From Podarcis muralis (taxonomy: Eukaryota), in contig NC_135655.1 in the NCBI RefSeq assembly GCF_964188315.1, forward strand, positions 80,228,001-80,292,000: 64,000 nt of DNA, in the 5' to 3' direction. This document shows, piece after piece, positions 23,801 to 59,804 of this stretch; position 1 is the stretch's first letter, and every line of letters starts with the position of its first letter. A program made the position numbers and the translations under genes. The notes beneath the pieces are model-generated. The model did no database searches. It saw nothing but the letters and a program-made list of their open reading frames with translations, and was not told the DNA's origin.

Positions 23801-26800
23801 GACAAGACAGTACTTATATTATTAATGAGAAGTTCAAATTTATTTATTTTGGAGTTATTGTGTGTCATCACTGGGCCTGTAGCAAGCTGGAGACATTCGG
23901 TCAAATTGTCAGGAAATGCTGCCATTTGGATCAAGAGAAATAATGTAATTTGTATTATCTATTTTATCTGCATTGGAAAGAGAATGTACTCATTATCAGG
24001 AAGAAAATGAGCCTCCAACACGTAATACATATTTTCAAGACATATACCACATACACACACACACATCCCACACACCCTGATCAATTGAGTCACAACTTAT
24101 TTTCAAGTTGCAAATTTGAGAAGAAAACTGGTATCTCAAGAACTCACCAATGAGAGTCAACAGCTCATCATCTACAAGCAAAAGAGTAAGGGAGACACCT
24201 GCCATTTCCAGTGCAGTCATAAAGGAGCCAACAAAAACTCGGGCAATATGGATGCCCCTGCTCTCTGCAGTGATGAAGCAAGAGAAACTAAGAAGCATGA
24301 TTAGGAACATTACATCTCTGCCAGGGTGGAGCCAGATGGATATATGAAAGGTACTGTGCATTTTTTCCCTGAACATCTTTGTGATCCTCTGATATCATAA
24401 AGGTTCTTCCCCATATATCCCAGTCTTGCAGAGCATGGCATATTGATGTCCCACAGTGATATAATGTTTGGTGGAGATACACCAAATTAAGCTTCAACAT
24501 TCTGCTGTCATATCTGGAACTGTGAAGCTACTGTCCCCAGTAGCTGATTAGTGCCCTGTTTGTTTTTTTATAGTGTGTGATTTATTTCATTATATACATT
24601 TCAAGCCATTTGCTCTATGTTTTCTTTTTCTTTCTTTTTTTACACACTGCACCTACTCTTAGCTTGTGGCATACTAGTCTGGACAGCATGTGCTCTACTG
24701 CTGAAGCATCCCGCCTTGGGTGTTGGAAAAGATGAGTTTTTCTAAAGCTGGTCTAATAAGTAAAATGTGATGAGCTTTATCAAAACTACATATAATCTGC
24801 ACCGTAAGTATTCTAAACTTCTAGGCATCACTATGAACATTAAATGCTAGTTTTGCACAATTAAGCATGCTCCAAATTCTTTTCTCACCTTATAGGTATC
24901 TAGGCAATCTGTTATTTTACAGGCCTCATTTATGTAATTTTGCATAGTTTTTAATTTTACACAATGCAGAATTAGACAATCTCAACCAATATTCTAACAA
25001 GGGAAACTTACCAAGACAACGCACAGCAGACCCAGCCACTACACTTAATTCAAGGTAGGATAACCCACCCAAATTGTTCACCATCAAGACTACAGAAGCA
25101 CCTGAAAGCCAAAACAAAGTAAGATTGAAGACTAATCTGCACACTATACTTAATATGCAAAAGGTGATGTAAAAAGCTTCTGCATGGCTATTTCTCCACA
25201 TCTGAGCTAACATCTGGATCTACTGATCAATGACTGCCCAATCACACAGTAAATCTCCATTCCAGCAATTGCTGATATTGTAATAGAAACTCACTACATG
25301 ACGTGATTTTACAAGCATTTTTGTATATATTGCACTGTATATAACAGCTCAGATATAGAAAAATAGCCACAGAAAAAAATATTCCCAGATTCCTCTGAGT
25401 AGAAGGAATAATATATAGGCCAGCCTCAAAATTGTACTCACCAGACTTGAGTCGCACACGTGAAGCGTTGGAGTGACTGGTCATGTGATCCAGCATTATT
25501 TTGACAACCTGATCTGCTGATGTTATCTGTGAAGAGGACATGTGTAAGGGGGCAGGGTTGTACTTCTTCATTAGCAAAAAGGTGACAGGCTACTTACCTT
25601 CATCCTGCGCACACCTGCTTCACCATGGATTCCTGCAGAGAGAGCAAGATATCAGATATCAGTTATGGCACCTGCCATGACTATCTTCTTTCAAAATAGA
25701 AGATGACTGAGTTTAAGGGCACTAATTGATGAAATCCTAGTCATGCTAGTCAGTGATATATAGCCAGTGAACTACACACAAAAGAAAAATAGTAAAAGAA
25801 CATATCTGTGCCCTGTTAGTGTCTGACTGATAATGGATACCCATGCATCATAGGTGATAGCGCCTCAGACTGACTCCTATGCCTGCAATGATGGAATGGA
25901 ACTGGTCACAACTAATAATTCAGAGCATGGACAGAGTCCCAAAACAAACGGTATGCAGTCCCAAAGAGACAATGCTCATGAGGACATTCTAAAGAAGTAG
26001 ATGGAAACGCATTCCTCACCTAAGCCTAGCTCAAGTTCATCATCAGCAAGCTGGAAGGTAGGTCTAGATCCAGGAACACTGCAGGGGGTTAGACTAACTC
26101 CAAGGGTGCCTGTGCAAAAATAAAATGCCACCTTCCATACAGATGTTTCAGCATCAGTATAAGAAAATAGACAAAAGTGTATGTTCTGCTTATGCCCTGG
26201 GTTACAACTCTAAATGATACTACAATATTGCAATGTAGTTTTGGATTAAAAGGTGCAGTCTTGAGGATCACCTGCTAATTACAGAAACGTTATTTGTTCA
26301 TATTAATTAAACTTATATCAAGCTATCAATGGCTGCTAATCATGATAGCTATTTTACCTGCATTATCAGAGACAGCATGTTTCTGAATACCAGTTATTAG
26401 AGATCATGAGTGGTAGTGTCTTATTGCACTTCTGTTCTGCTTATGGAATTCCCAAAGGCATCTGGTTGGGAACTTAGGGACCACATAGCTGGACAGATAG
26501 GTCTTTGATCTGACCTATCAGTGCTCTTCTCAAGTTCTTATACCTCACCTTTTCCTCCAGTGACCTGAAGGTGGTGTATATGGTTCTCCCCATTTAATCC
26601 TCACAACAATCCTGTGTGGGAGGTTAAACTAGGCGATGGTGAATGCCGAGTCCAAACCTTATACACTAACCACAAAGGTTCAGCCACACAATTGGGGCTC
26701 TCTTTCTTTCAGGGATCATTAATTTTAAATCTTCAATACATTCACTGCATGTCAAAACCATAAACCCTATAAAAGACAGCATAATAAATTTAGCCAGCAT

Positions 26801-29800
26801 GACCTTGCTAGACTGCTTGATTTGCCGATAATAATGTAGCCTTTGGCCAGATGCTTATCCCCCAAAGAGAGCTACTTAAACACTTACCCATTGAGTGTGC
26901 AACAGCAGTAACCTTGCGAGCAATTGCACTCAGACCACAACCTGCCTCAGACAGAGCCCCAGCTACCTAAACATAAACAACTGTAAGGAAAAATGTTGCT
27001 TTGATTTCTCAACAAAAGGATCACAGCAGATTAGCATACATTCCTTCACTTCATACTACAGGGACAAAGCAAGGTGTGTCAGGTCTAACGGAGAAGAATG
27101 GCTGTGCGAAGAATCATGCTTTTATGTGGCTAGGAGTTCAGGCACAATATGCAGGGAGGAATGCCTATGGGCACCTCAGGCCTCAAAGCATTATTTGCAC
27201 TTTGGTAATACTACTGTACAGTGGGGTCCTAAGTCAATGACAATGTTGGTTCTGAATTTGGGGATGGATGATTCCTACCTTGTGTATTAACACTGTGCCA
27301 CATAGTCCTCTCCTGCCAGCCTTCTTCTGTTTGGTAAAGGCACAGTCATCACCAATAACCACCATCTCCACAGAAGCCCCTTCTGCCCGTGCTTGTTCCA
27401 ATGCCAGCCCAAAGTTCAGACGGTCCCCAGTATAGTTCTTCACTATTAGCAGCGTCCCAACTACAGAAGAGAGACGGTTTGAATTCTGTGATATTCCTCC
27501 CTCAAGAGAGATGTTCATCTACCAAAAATGATGCCATACCTGCACCAGCTTTCCTCACAGCCCGAATTGCTGCTAAAATGCTACCCACTGCAGGTGAAGT
27601 GAATACTGGACCAGCTACCACTCCAGTGAGCATTCCCTTCCCGATGTACCCTGAGGAAAGAAGACAGGCATGGCGGTATTGCATCTATTTTGGGAGCATC
27701 TTGCTCACACTCTACTTCTGTGGCTGTTTATCTTAACTCCAATAACTGAATTGTACAGCTGCCAGGAGAACTGTGGCACAAAGGTTTTCAGTTCATGATG
27801 TCCAGAAATATGGGATCACAGGATGTCCTCTTCTCTTTGTATTCATGAAATGCCAGTGTTAAGTGAAGTGAGGGAAACCAGATTGAAACTCTCTCCCCCA
27901 GACTCAAAGCTCCCATAACTTTGATCCCACTAACCTGCATGTGCAGGCTCATGTCCTGAACCACCTCCAGAAATAAGTGCCACTTTGCCCCGCAGATTCT
28001 CCAAGTCAGCACGTAATGCCACTCTGTGTCCATGCAACATCTGGAGATGAGGATTACAAGCCACTGTTCCAGCCAATGCATCGTCTGCACAACCCAGAAT
28101 TGTGTTCACTAGCTTCTTTGAACCCTAGAATAGGAGAATAGGAAAACATCACAAAAGTTTCTCATACGCACAGCCTTCCACATGGAGGTAGTTTCTAGTT
28201 CATGACTGTCCAACCAGCTTCAGACACTACAAGTGCTTATAAGCAATTGTTTCATGATTTTGTTGTAATATCTGAAAAAAGAATTATTGCAAGAGACACA
28301 TGCAAGCTGTGTATAATGCTTGAGCCCATGCATTTCCCATGTCAAACTCCTCTGAATAGCAGAGTGAAAAGGCAGAACACAAAAGTAACTCGCACACCCA
28401 TTCATTAGTATTTGCAATACCACCTGATATTGCTTTCAAAAAATATGAAGATTGGTTTATTCAGCTTCCATGCTTTCTGTCATGCCACAGACAACCATTA
28501 CATTGGTAGAATTTGTTAGCCATCCATGAAAAAACTGTTCCTCCACATTAGCAGAAAGAGCAGCAGCTGTGAATCAAAACTGAGTTTTATGTGAATCAAA
28601 ACTGAGTTTTATGTAAGAATGAAAGCATAATTTTGATACGTTCACTCTTTGTCTAAAGTTGTACCCAATATATTTTCCATTTAACTTTTTGAGACTTCCA
28701 GCCTGCTTCATCCTAAAGCATTATTATTACATTGACTTCCACAAACGTCACCAGGTGTACAAATGCAACAAAAACAGCTAAAAACACAGAATATAACAGA
28801 TAAATTTAAAAACAATACTAATTAGACAGCCAAACATGCAGATAGCAGGTGTCTGTCATAGCGTGACAGGAATTCTGTTCCACAGAACAGAGGCAGACAC
28901 ACCAGTTACTGTGCTTCGGAGATCTTTAGAACATGAAGGCGAAGTAGGTAAACAGTATGTTAGTCATTCAACAGTATTGTAATTTAGTAGTCATTTGGTC
29001 ACCTGTAGCAACAAATAACTAATTCCAGGTCATCAAGAGCTGGTCATGCAACTGCAACAGTATTAGTCTGTGACAACATCACCTGACACTTCTCATATTC
29101 CCTCCTAGTCCTAAAGAGTTGCAGACTCTTAATGGTTGAGAAATATCCACGTCCAGTCTTCAGAATGTTATAGATGCTGCACTTGCTTTTTTGGTTTTTC
29201 TTTTAGCTTGGGGCTAGAAAGAAGAACAAAACCATGTGTGCAGCTTTCCTAGTGTTGCTTCATGTTTGTGCAGCTGGCTCATTCTAGCACAATATCTGGT
29301 AGCCACTTCTAAGGCCAGAAGGAAGGTGAAAGGGTTTCTTTATGCAGTCTCCACAGCATTTTTATGTAATAGACCCTGTAGAAGTAGATATTTCCCTGTA
29401 ACTCCTGGGTCTTAGATTTAATCTTCTGAAATCATATATACTATGGCCCCCAAAGTCACATTCCGGTAATGCAAAAAGGTTCAAATGGTCACAGCTGAGA
29501 CATAACCCACCAAAAGAAAATGAGGAATTGACAATTTGCTGCCCAGGGAGATGTGTCTGGCTCCCTCCATGCTCACTTTTAGGCACCAGGTCAAACTCCT
29601 GTTGTTAAACTTTAAGCAAGCATTTGGCATGGGTAGTAGCCGAGTTTGGACTCTGGTCCTGATTTTCTGCTTCCGTGCATTTAATTATCTGCTGAGTCTT
29701 CTGACTGCATTATTAATTGATAATTATTAGCCAGTGTGCCCTTCAGAGCTATACAAGTGGGAGCTGCCACAAAATGTTGCAGTGTAGAATATCCCTTTTC

Positions 29801-30511
29801 AGAGTTTCAGTCAGCTATGCCTTCTTTCAGGATATTCAATCTCCCCGTCTGTTTTTCTGTCTCCCCCCATCAGTGGGATTCTGTGGCCACTAATCACATG
29901 CTCAGTCCCTCCGTCCTTATTGAGTTGTTTAGTTTTCCATCACCCCAATATATTTTCTACTTCTGCAAACCTTCAGGTCCCCACCCTAAGTATTCCAACA
30001 CCTCTCTTTTGTTAGCTCCATTGGCTTCATAGTCATTTGACTGGGCTTCTAACACTGTATATACTTGCTTTATTATTTCTTTGTACCCTAAGCTGTCCTG
30101 AATATTCCTGAGTGAACACAAAGGCACAATACAAACATTGCAAGGGACCGATACAAAGAGACTGAAGTTCGACTCCCAAGTCACAAGTTACCCTGTTTCG
30201 GATGCTTTCCCTCAATCCGCAGGGCTTCAGAGACTTAATGGAAGGGACTCTTTCCTTTGCTTTCCAGTGATCGCACAACCGCAGCTGACCAAAACCAATT
30301 ATCTGTTCTGACTGAGGCAGAAGCAGTGCAAGGGCAGCAGAGCTGAAAGTTTTCTAGCCCAAGTCCCAAACTCAGCCATGGGCCTCATGGGTCAATTGGG
30401 GCCATGCTAGCGCCTACCTCACAGGGGTTTTAAGAGGAATTGGACAGAAATGCAATAACATCCCTTCCCTCAGCTTCACGGAGACCAGACGTTTCTGGGT
30501 CTCACCTGCAT
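17859..30511 (-). CDS. TKFC: Triokinase/FMN cyclase (DAK), 580 aa; complement join(30506..30511,27935..28124,27540..27650,27279..27460,26888..26966,26020..26109,25598..25632,25442..25526,25012..25101,24148..24264,23491..23613,22546..22683,20943..21049,19645..19748,19464..19497,18495..18584,17859..18020)
   Basis: GT-AG exons join in frame (1743 nt): (MQ)GSKKLVNT...[13 protein letters not shown]...[11 protein letters not shown]...GRRGLCG...LGLGIHGEAG...VNNLGGLS...[10 protein letters not shown]...MGGSSGALYG...APGDRTMLD...GRASY...PDPGA. DhaK and DhaL motifs are intact. The 6-nt first coding segment (ATG CAG) is the least certain part. Confidence 0.93.
21520..21938. mobile_element. Tc2/pogo-like MITE
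   Basis: TA|CCGTATTTTTCGCC...GGCGAAAAATACGG|TA, with subterminal ATAGGACGCAC repeats. Confidence 0.9.
26370..26541 (+). mobile_element. CR1 LINE 3' end, decayed
   Basis: TTCTGAATACCAGTT...CATCTGGTTGG...GATCTGACC...GCTCTTCTCAAGTTCTTA. Confidence 0.55.
29500..29720 (+). mobile_element. L2-type LINE 3' fragment
   Basis: TGCCCAGGGAG...CTGGCTCCCTCC...TTTAGGCACCAGGTCAAA...CAAGCATTTGGC resembles the L2 ORF2 end. Confidence 0.5.
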
Positions 30512-31181
30512 GCTGCCCCTCTGGAGCTGCGACTCCGGGCTACCAAGCTCAGCAGGATGCTCCGAGAGCCTGCGGCCGAGGCGAGGAGGGACAGCTCCTG
30601 CTCCTGAGGGAGAGAGAGAGACGGCGGCTGCTCAGGGGCGAGAGGCGAAGTCGCTTCTGGCCACCGTGTGGCTGTCACTACTGCCTTTACGCGCCTCCCT
30701 TTTCGAAGGCGAGAGAGACTTCGCCTTGCAATCCAAACTCCGCCTGGCTCACAGCATCAGCCACGCGCGCCCTGCCTGACAAGGGGCGGGGGGGGGGAAG
30801 AAGCCGATTGGCCGACGGCAGCGCGAGCTCCGGCAGTTGGCGGTGGCGCGCAGGGCCAGTCACGCTCCGCACGGAGTCAGACAGGAGGGGGTGGGGCAAG
30901 TCTCCCCGCCCCCTTTTCTTTTTCTCGGAGGAGAGTGGTAGGGTTTACTCCCCTCTGACCGGAAGAGGGCGCTGCCACTGCCGTGCGCGCCTCTGCAGCC
31001 CCTCTCGTCAAATTTCCCGTGGTGCCCGGCGCGGGCGCTCTGGCGCTTTCTCTCTGGTGCCGGAGGTGGTTGGTGGCCTTTGGAGACTGTGCTGCCTGGC
31101 GCTTCCCCTCCCCGTCCTCCTCCTCCTCCTCACCCCGTCGCCTTCCGCGGGTCTTCAGCAGCCCCGCTCCCCGATACCGCC

Positions 31182-53563
<22,382 letters not shown>

Positions 53564-54152
53564 CTGGATGAGGAGATACTTTGCAGCTCCTTCCTCTGTG
53601 CTAGCGTATGGAGTCTTTCCCACCTGCAGCTGGGGTCCCCTAGCCAGTTGCCCTGTAACACTTTAGAGGCAGTAGCAACGCGCCTGGGTGAAAGTGGGGA
53701 ATCTCTCTGAACTGAAGCCATCTCGCTAGGGACTTGTGGATGCAATGTTGGCTGTTGATGACATAAGGCTCTGCTTGGATTCACCAACCCAGTACTGGTC
53801 TCAGCCAGTTATTCCCATTGAGTAACGGCTAGCAGTTGGCAAAGGTGCGCCCCCTACCTAGACTCTTCCCACAGCTCATTCACCATTGTCTTTTAGTATC
53901 TTTTTTGGATTTTTCTTTTTGTTGTTCCTTGTGTTTTGAAGTGGGAGTCTTTTTTTCCTCTTCATCTATTTGGATGGCGTATGGCTAGATGGCTGTGTCT
54001 GGTGTCGGGGAGATGGGAGTTGTGCCTGTCTGGGTAGGGAACTCAAGTGGGTCGAAGGCTGCTCTTCCCCTGGGCCTTTCTGCTCATTCAGGGAGAAGGG
54101 GCTGGAAAACAAAAACAAAAAATATTTCTGTTGTTGGTTTTGGAATTTTACC

Positions 54153-54158
54153 AAATAA
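54153..54158 (+). terminator. Probable DDB1 polyadenylation signal
   Basis: AATAAA about 590 nt after the stop, preceded by a U-rich element and followed by GTTTGGTTGT. Confidence 0.55.
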
Positions 54159-54395
54159 AAGTAGTCCAAGAGGAAAGGTTTGGTTGTCATAATCTCCCCC
54201 ACTCTACTTCAGTATCTCTATTAGGCCAGGGGGAGAAAATCTTATATTTCACACGCTTGTAACACATTGCATTGCACACAAGAGCACGGAAGGTCTGGCA
54301 AGCTGTCCTTGAGCATTTTACACAGAAAGGTGGAATGTTGTTTTTTAATTTATTTTTTATTCCATTTCAGCAAGGGTACCTGAGCTATAGATATA

Positions 54396-54621
54396 CAGTG
54401 GTACCTCAGGTTAAGTACTTAATTCGTTCTGGAGGTCCGTTCTTAACCTGAAACTGTTCTTAACCTGAAGCACCACTTTAGCTAATGGGGCCTCCCGCTG
54501 CCGCCGCGCTGCCAGAGCACGACTTCTGTTCTCATCCTGAAGCAAAGTTCTTAACCTGAAGCACTACTTCTGGGTTAGCGGAGTCTGTAACCTGAAGTGT
54601 ATGTAACCCGAGGTACCACTG
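54396..54621. mobile_element. Tc1/mariner MITE copy 3 (uninterrupted)
   Basis: TA|CAGTGGTACCTCAGGTTA...TAACCCGAGGTACCACTG|TA. Confidence 0.9.
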
Positions 54622-57357
54622 TAGAGGTAGTTACCTGACCAGACTCTTGCCAGTTTCCTTAAGAAATCCCTTTATTTAGCTGTGTTTCCAAGTGATGCCC
54701 ACTGCAGTCTTGGATGGCTGATACAACAAGGTCTCATATGCAGACAGGCTTCGTGTTTGCGGTCAACCTCAGGTGGAAGACATCATTCATTATCTGTTAG
54801 CCTGCCATTATATAGAGACCCAAGATACTGCTTTCTGAAAGCTTTATTCACACAAGCAAGCAGGAATACTCTGGCAGAAAACGTTTGGTTTCTTTTGAGT
54901 GACAGTAATAGTTTTACAACACAGTGTGGCCCTCTGTGCACTGGCTGCAAAAAAGAATCTGGAAAAATGAGCTAGATAAAATTTCTATGAATTGTTGTGA
55001 TTCGTAGTATTAAGGGTACATAACACAAAGACAAAACAAAATACAACACAAAAATGGCAGCCTAACAGTGTTTAACATTAAGGTTAAGCTGAGGAAATTA
55101 CAAAAATTTCTAGTATACGTAAATTGAATGTAACATTTTTATTCCCATACTGCAAGAAAGCTGCTTTCAATGAATTGGCACCTATGAATTTGATAAGACC
55201 TAAACTGCAGTTGGGTGTCTGGAGGGCCACCTGGTGTTGGCAAATTTATTTTATCAAGCCTCCATAAACTACAATTCTGCATTTCCCCCCCCCTTCAACA
55301 CCAAATTCCAGACTTTGTTTCACCAGTTCTCAAACATGGGAGGAGAGCTCTCTCCACTTTGGCAACTGCTAAAAGGAATAGGAGTTAGGGTTTGTTTGGG
55401 GGGGGGGATCTGCAGTCGATCCTCTGAAAACGGAATACTGTAATTAATATACAAATAATTAAAATAAAATATAAATGACCATGGGAAGAGGCAAATGCAC
55501 AGGGGCAAATGTCATTACCATCTCCTTAGCTATCAGGTCTCTGCCTTGCTCAGCTTCAGCTGTGTTGTCTGCCACTCTTGAAGACCAAAGTCTCCTCATT
55601 ATTTTTCCCCTACACACAAAGCTAAGCACAGAGCAGGGGGGACCCTGCTGTCTAGTGGGTTTGCAGCTCTACCAAAGGATTCTGTGCACTTGTCTTAGGG
55701 TACTGTATACTGGAGGAGGGGTGTGTTGTCTCGCATTTGCAGGTGGTGAAATGATGTACACTTCCCTGTAATGCCCAGCTGAGGGCAGCATGTTTCTTAA
55801 ACGTCTCACAGCCTATAAATGGAACAGTTCCCATCACCTGCGATAGCAGGAAGCCATGCCCTGTACAAATTCTTGTGCACTTGATGATTGTGGCCTCTGG
55901 CTTCCCATCGCTTCTAAAGAGATGCCAAGACACTGTTGCTGACAGTCTGGCAGACATTTAGCCTCATTATTTATGTTTCATTGTACAATTCTGTTACTAA
56001 GATGAGGTGCTAAATCTTCTGGTGCCAAAGGTTGCAAGCTTCCCGTAAAACAGCGTATCCTTCAAAAGGTTTCCCCTTGGCGCAGGGTGTTTGGAAACGT
56101 TTCTTGTATAAGAGATACTGGCCATGTAACCTTACACAGAGCTGTAAACCTTCCTGTGTAGCGAATGGCCAAGTTGTTTTATAGTAAGAGCGTTCACAGA
56201 GAGCCTGGCTGCACTCCCAGAAGGAATGATTAAGAGATCTGAAACTTCAGTGTTGTTAAGACTATTACGGTCTATTCCCAGCAGTTCTCTTGGTTTGGCC
56301 TGGAATAAACTAACAGCATCTCATAGCTTTAACCAGGATGGCTACTTTCTCTTTGCGAGATCTCTGTTCATGTGCACAAACATGCTCACAAGTGAATAAG
56401 TTCATGGGTGTTCTCAGATTAGCAAGGCAGCTAGGCATACCTCTTGATTCTGAGATTTACTTTTGAAATGGTAGAGTTGGGGGGTGGGAACTGCTCCTGA
56501 CGAAATGGGGGCATGGTACCACCACCAGGCTAGTACCTAAAAACTCTTATATTAGAGGAGAATTGCCGCCAAGTCAACACACATTAAGATGGCTGTTTGC
56601 TTTAATGTAGGGAAGCAGTCATACACATGGTCCCATACCTGCATTCTGAAGTAATATAGCAGCAGGAGAGGGCCTCCTGCCATTGAATATACTGTATAGA
56701 TCAGCTCCCCATCAGCAAGATCCTTGCATGTCCTATGGAGTTGCAGAGTATTGCTCCTACCTAACAGGACCAAATATAGCAATAGTTTTTGGCTTGTAGG
56801 TGGCATCCAATAACAGCTAAACAGAGCCTCCGTATAGTATACCTCTGAATACTAGCTGCCACTTCGGATAAAACTGGGAGGCAGGGGCTGTTGCTTTCAT
56901 GCCTTGCTTTGGTGGCTTCATGGAAGCATCTGGCAGGACACAGCTGGAAAGAGACTAGGCGGACCCTTGGCTTCAACCAGCAGGGGTCTTTGTGTGTTTT
57001 CTTGCTATCATTGTTCATTCCCTTCTTGAAACCAAGTTACCTGCCCCTCCAGGTACAAAAAGTGCTCGAAGCTGGTGTGCGAGGGGAGAAATAATCACAG
57101 AGCTGTGCAGCCTGGGCTGCTTTTCAGTCAAAATGTAGCCCAATTGGAAAGCAGCGGTGGCAGCTTTCTGAAGAGGAGATTTCCCTCTCTTTGTTTCCCT
57201 TTGGGAAGAACAATGTGACTTGGCAGGATCCACGATGACCAGTGTGGTCAAAGTATAAAGGAAGGGACACTGTTTCTCTGTCTGAAGGGCAAGTGTGATT
57301 CAGAAAAACAAGGAGGCAATCGCTCGCCACTTCAAAGATTCAGTCCTTTTTGGCAGT

Positions 57358-57529
57358 CATAGGAGGCTTCTTTATACAGAGTCAGATCATTGGTCCATCT
57401 AGCTTAGTATTGTCCACTTGGACTGACTGCAGGTCTCTTGGGTTTCAGAGAGCCTTACCTGGAGATGCTGGTTTTGAACCTGGAATCTTCTACATCCAAA
57501 GCAGATGCTCTACCCCTGAGCTATGGGCC
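57358..57529 (-). mobile_element. Squam3-type tRNA-derived SINE
   Basis: Minus strand reads GGCCCATAGCTCAGGGGTAGAGCATCTGCTTTG...GGTTCAAAACC...CTAGATGGACCAATGATCTGACTC...CCTATG. Confidence 0.7.
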
Positions 57530-57939
57530 TGTCCTATTTCCTAGACCAGCTGTAGGGCATCAGATTGGTGAAGACTGCTTTAAAGCAGAGCCTTCCCTTA
57601 ATGGGGCATTGCCGGAGAAAGGGACAAGCAACCTTACTACTCGCTGCCACTGTTTGAGAAATAAAAGGATTATGCAAGTTCTATGGCACAAGAGCACTCG
57701 GACGCTAATAATGGCTATGCACACATTCCCATTTACTCTGCATCCAGTGTGCTCTCACCATTGGTTTGGGAAGCAGTGTACAAAAGACATTAGCCACAGT
57801 CTGCTCTTTCTCCTTTCTTTTCTACGTAATTACATTTTTGTGTGTCCCCATCGCACCTACCTCAAACCAGCTTCAATCCAACTTGTGGAAAAGAAAAGGA
57901 CCTTGCTGTGTTTTAAGTCAGTAATGTGTACAAAGCCTA

Positions 57940-58306
57940 AGTAAGGTAAAGGTAAAGGTACCCCTGCCCGTTCGGGCCAGTCTTGCCAGACTCTAGGGTT
58001 GTGCGCTCATCTCACTCTATAGGCCGGGAGCCAGCGCTGTCCGCAGACACTTCCGGGTCATGTGGCCAGAGTGACAAAGCTGCATCTGGCGAGCCAGCGC
58101 AGCACACAGAACGCCGTTTACCTTCCCGCTGGTAAGCGGTCCCTTATTGATCTACTTGCACCCGGAGGTGTTTTCGAACTGCTAGGTTGGCAGGTGCTGG
58201 GCCCGAACAATGGGAGTGCACCCCACCGCGGGGATTCGAACCGCCGACCATGCGATTGGCAAGTCCTAGACGCTGAGGCTTTAACCCACAGCGCCACCCG
58301 CGTCCC
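57940..58306 (-). mobile_element. Full-length Sauria SINE with TSD
   Basis: GGGACGCGGGTGGCGCTGTGGG head, B box GGTTCGAATCC and (ACCTTT)n tail; 10-bp TSD ACAAAGCCTA (57930-57939 and 58307-58316). Confidence 0.93.
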
Positions 58307-59804
58307 ACAAAGCCTATGTAGGAAACATAAAAATAGAAAGTTTGCAAGTCCACAAAATTGCGTGGCCATGATGGATGGAAATGGAGTTGCTCATTACCCA
58401 CAGTGCCACGGGGTTACCAGGGACACTTGTTCAATCACGCAACATGTGGCATTTGCAAATCAAAGGTGAGCTGCCAGCAGGGAGGAAAATCATGCTTGCC
58501 CTACGATGTTATTAGAATGCTTGGGGAAATGTGATAGTTCAACAAGTCTGGATTCTGTGTAGCAGCTGTGCAATTACTGAGTCAACACCATGAAAAACAC
58601 CCATATTGTGACCAGCTCCCCTGCCACATTAAGTGATCGCTGCTCTATGCATTTGGAATGTGGGTTGACTCAAGTCCCTCCCTTGTTTATTTCCACCACT
58701 TGGTGAGAAGCTGCCTAATTTTGGACAGTTCCCTCTGCTGAGGGAAGCCCACTACTGTTAGCACAATAATAGCTTTGAGATGTATCATCTGTGATGTGTC
58801 CCATCTTAACAGCTTTGATCAGCTCTACTCCAAAATTGTGAATGATAGTTACACCATTTAGCCTAGATGAGAAGACGGGCGGGGGTTGTGTAAGTGTGCG
58901 TGCGTGCACAGGTATGTACTTGTGTTGCTAGCTAATCTCAAAGTGGGGGGGGGGCACATGGCACATAGTAACATTTTGGTCAAATTCTGAGACACCTGTT
59001 TTGTTTTAGGACACAAGTGAAAATGCAAAGTGACGGGAACCTAAGGCCTTTTGCCCTGTATTATTATTTTGCTTTTGCTTTGCAGCGCCTCCTTTCTGGG
59101 ACAGCTCCCCTTCCCTCCCTCCCCCCCAATTTATCACAAGTGGCACCTCTCCGACATTCACCATTTGACACACATGCCTGGCGTTGTCTTGCCCCCTCCC
59201 CAAATCCCCAGCCCGCCTTTGGATCTGGCTTGGAACACTTTATCTCCTTCAGCTCCTCTTTGGTGCAGTTGGGAAAGCAGCCCAGAGAGAGAGGGGAGGG
59301 GTGGGCGATTCTTGAGCCTTGCCAGATGTGGAAAAGGAGACTCCCACAAGGGGGGTGATGGTGGTGGTGAGAGGGGGGGAGGTAAGCCTCTTCCCAGTCC
59401 AACAACAGAGCTGCTGTTTTAGGAATGCTGGATCCTCCCTCCTCATCTCCTCTCGAGGTGCCCCTGCCCCTGAGAGGAGGGGGGAGGCACGCATACACAC
59501 ACACACAGAGCGCACAGAGTTTTTTTTCCAGTCTGTAGACATGGGCTGGGGGGTGGGGGGGAGAGCTGAGCAATCTGAGCCTGGCTGTGGGGAGGAGGAG
59601 TCTGCTCCCAATGCTGCCCCCAGCCTGAGATCATTGATCCCAGCTCCCCTCCCTCTGCCCAGAAGGAGCCCCCAGCCTCATCCTTGGTTGGGGAGGAGAG
59701 TCCAGGCAGTTGCCATGCTGTAGTAGAGAGGGGCCTGTGGGGGGAAAAGGAAAGAGCTCTCTTGAAGGGAGCATCTCTGAGGAACTGGGAGAGAGACGCC
59801 TGTC

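Noticed and set aside
56119-56171. Imperfect hairpin TGGCCAT..TACACAG / CTGTGTA..ATGGCCA
   Set aside because: Two 7-bp stems separated by a large internal loop; too weak for a pre-miRNA call.
57438-57944. 168-aa intergenic ORF
   Set aside because: Non-ATG start inside a SINE, no recognisable domain and no splice support.
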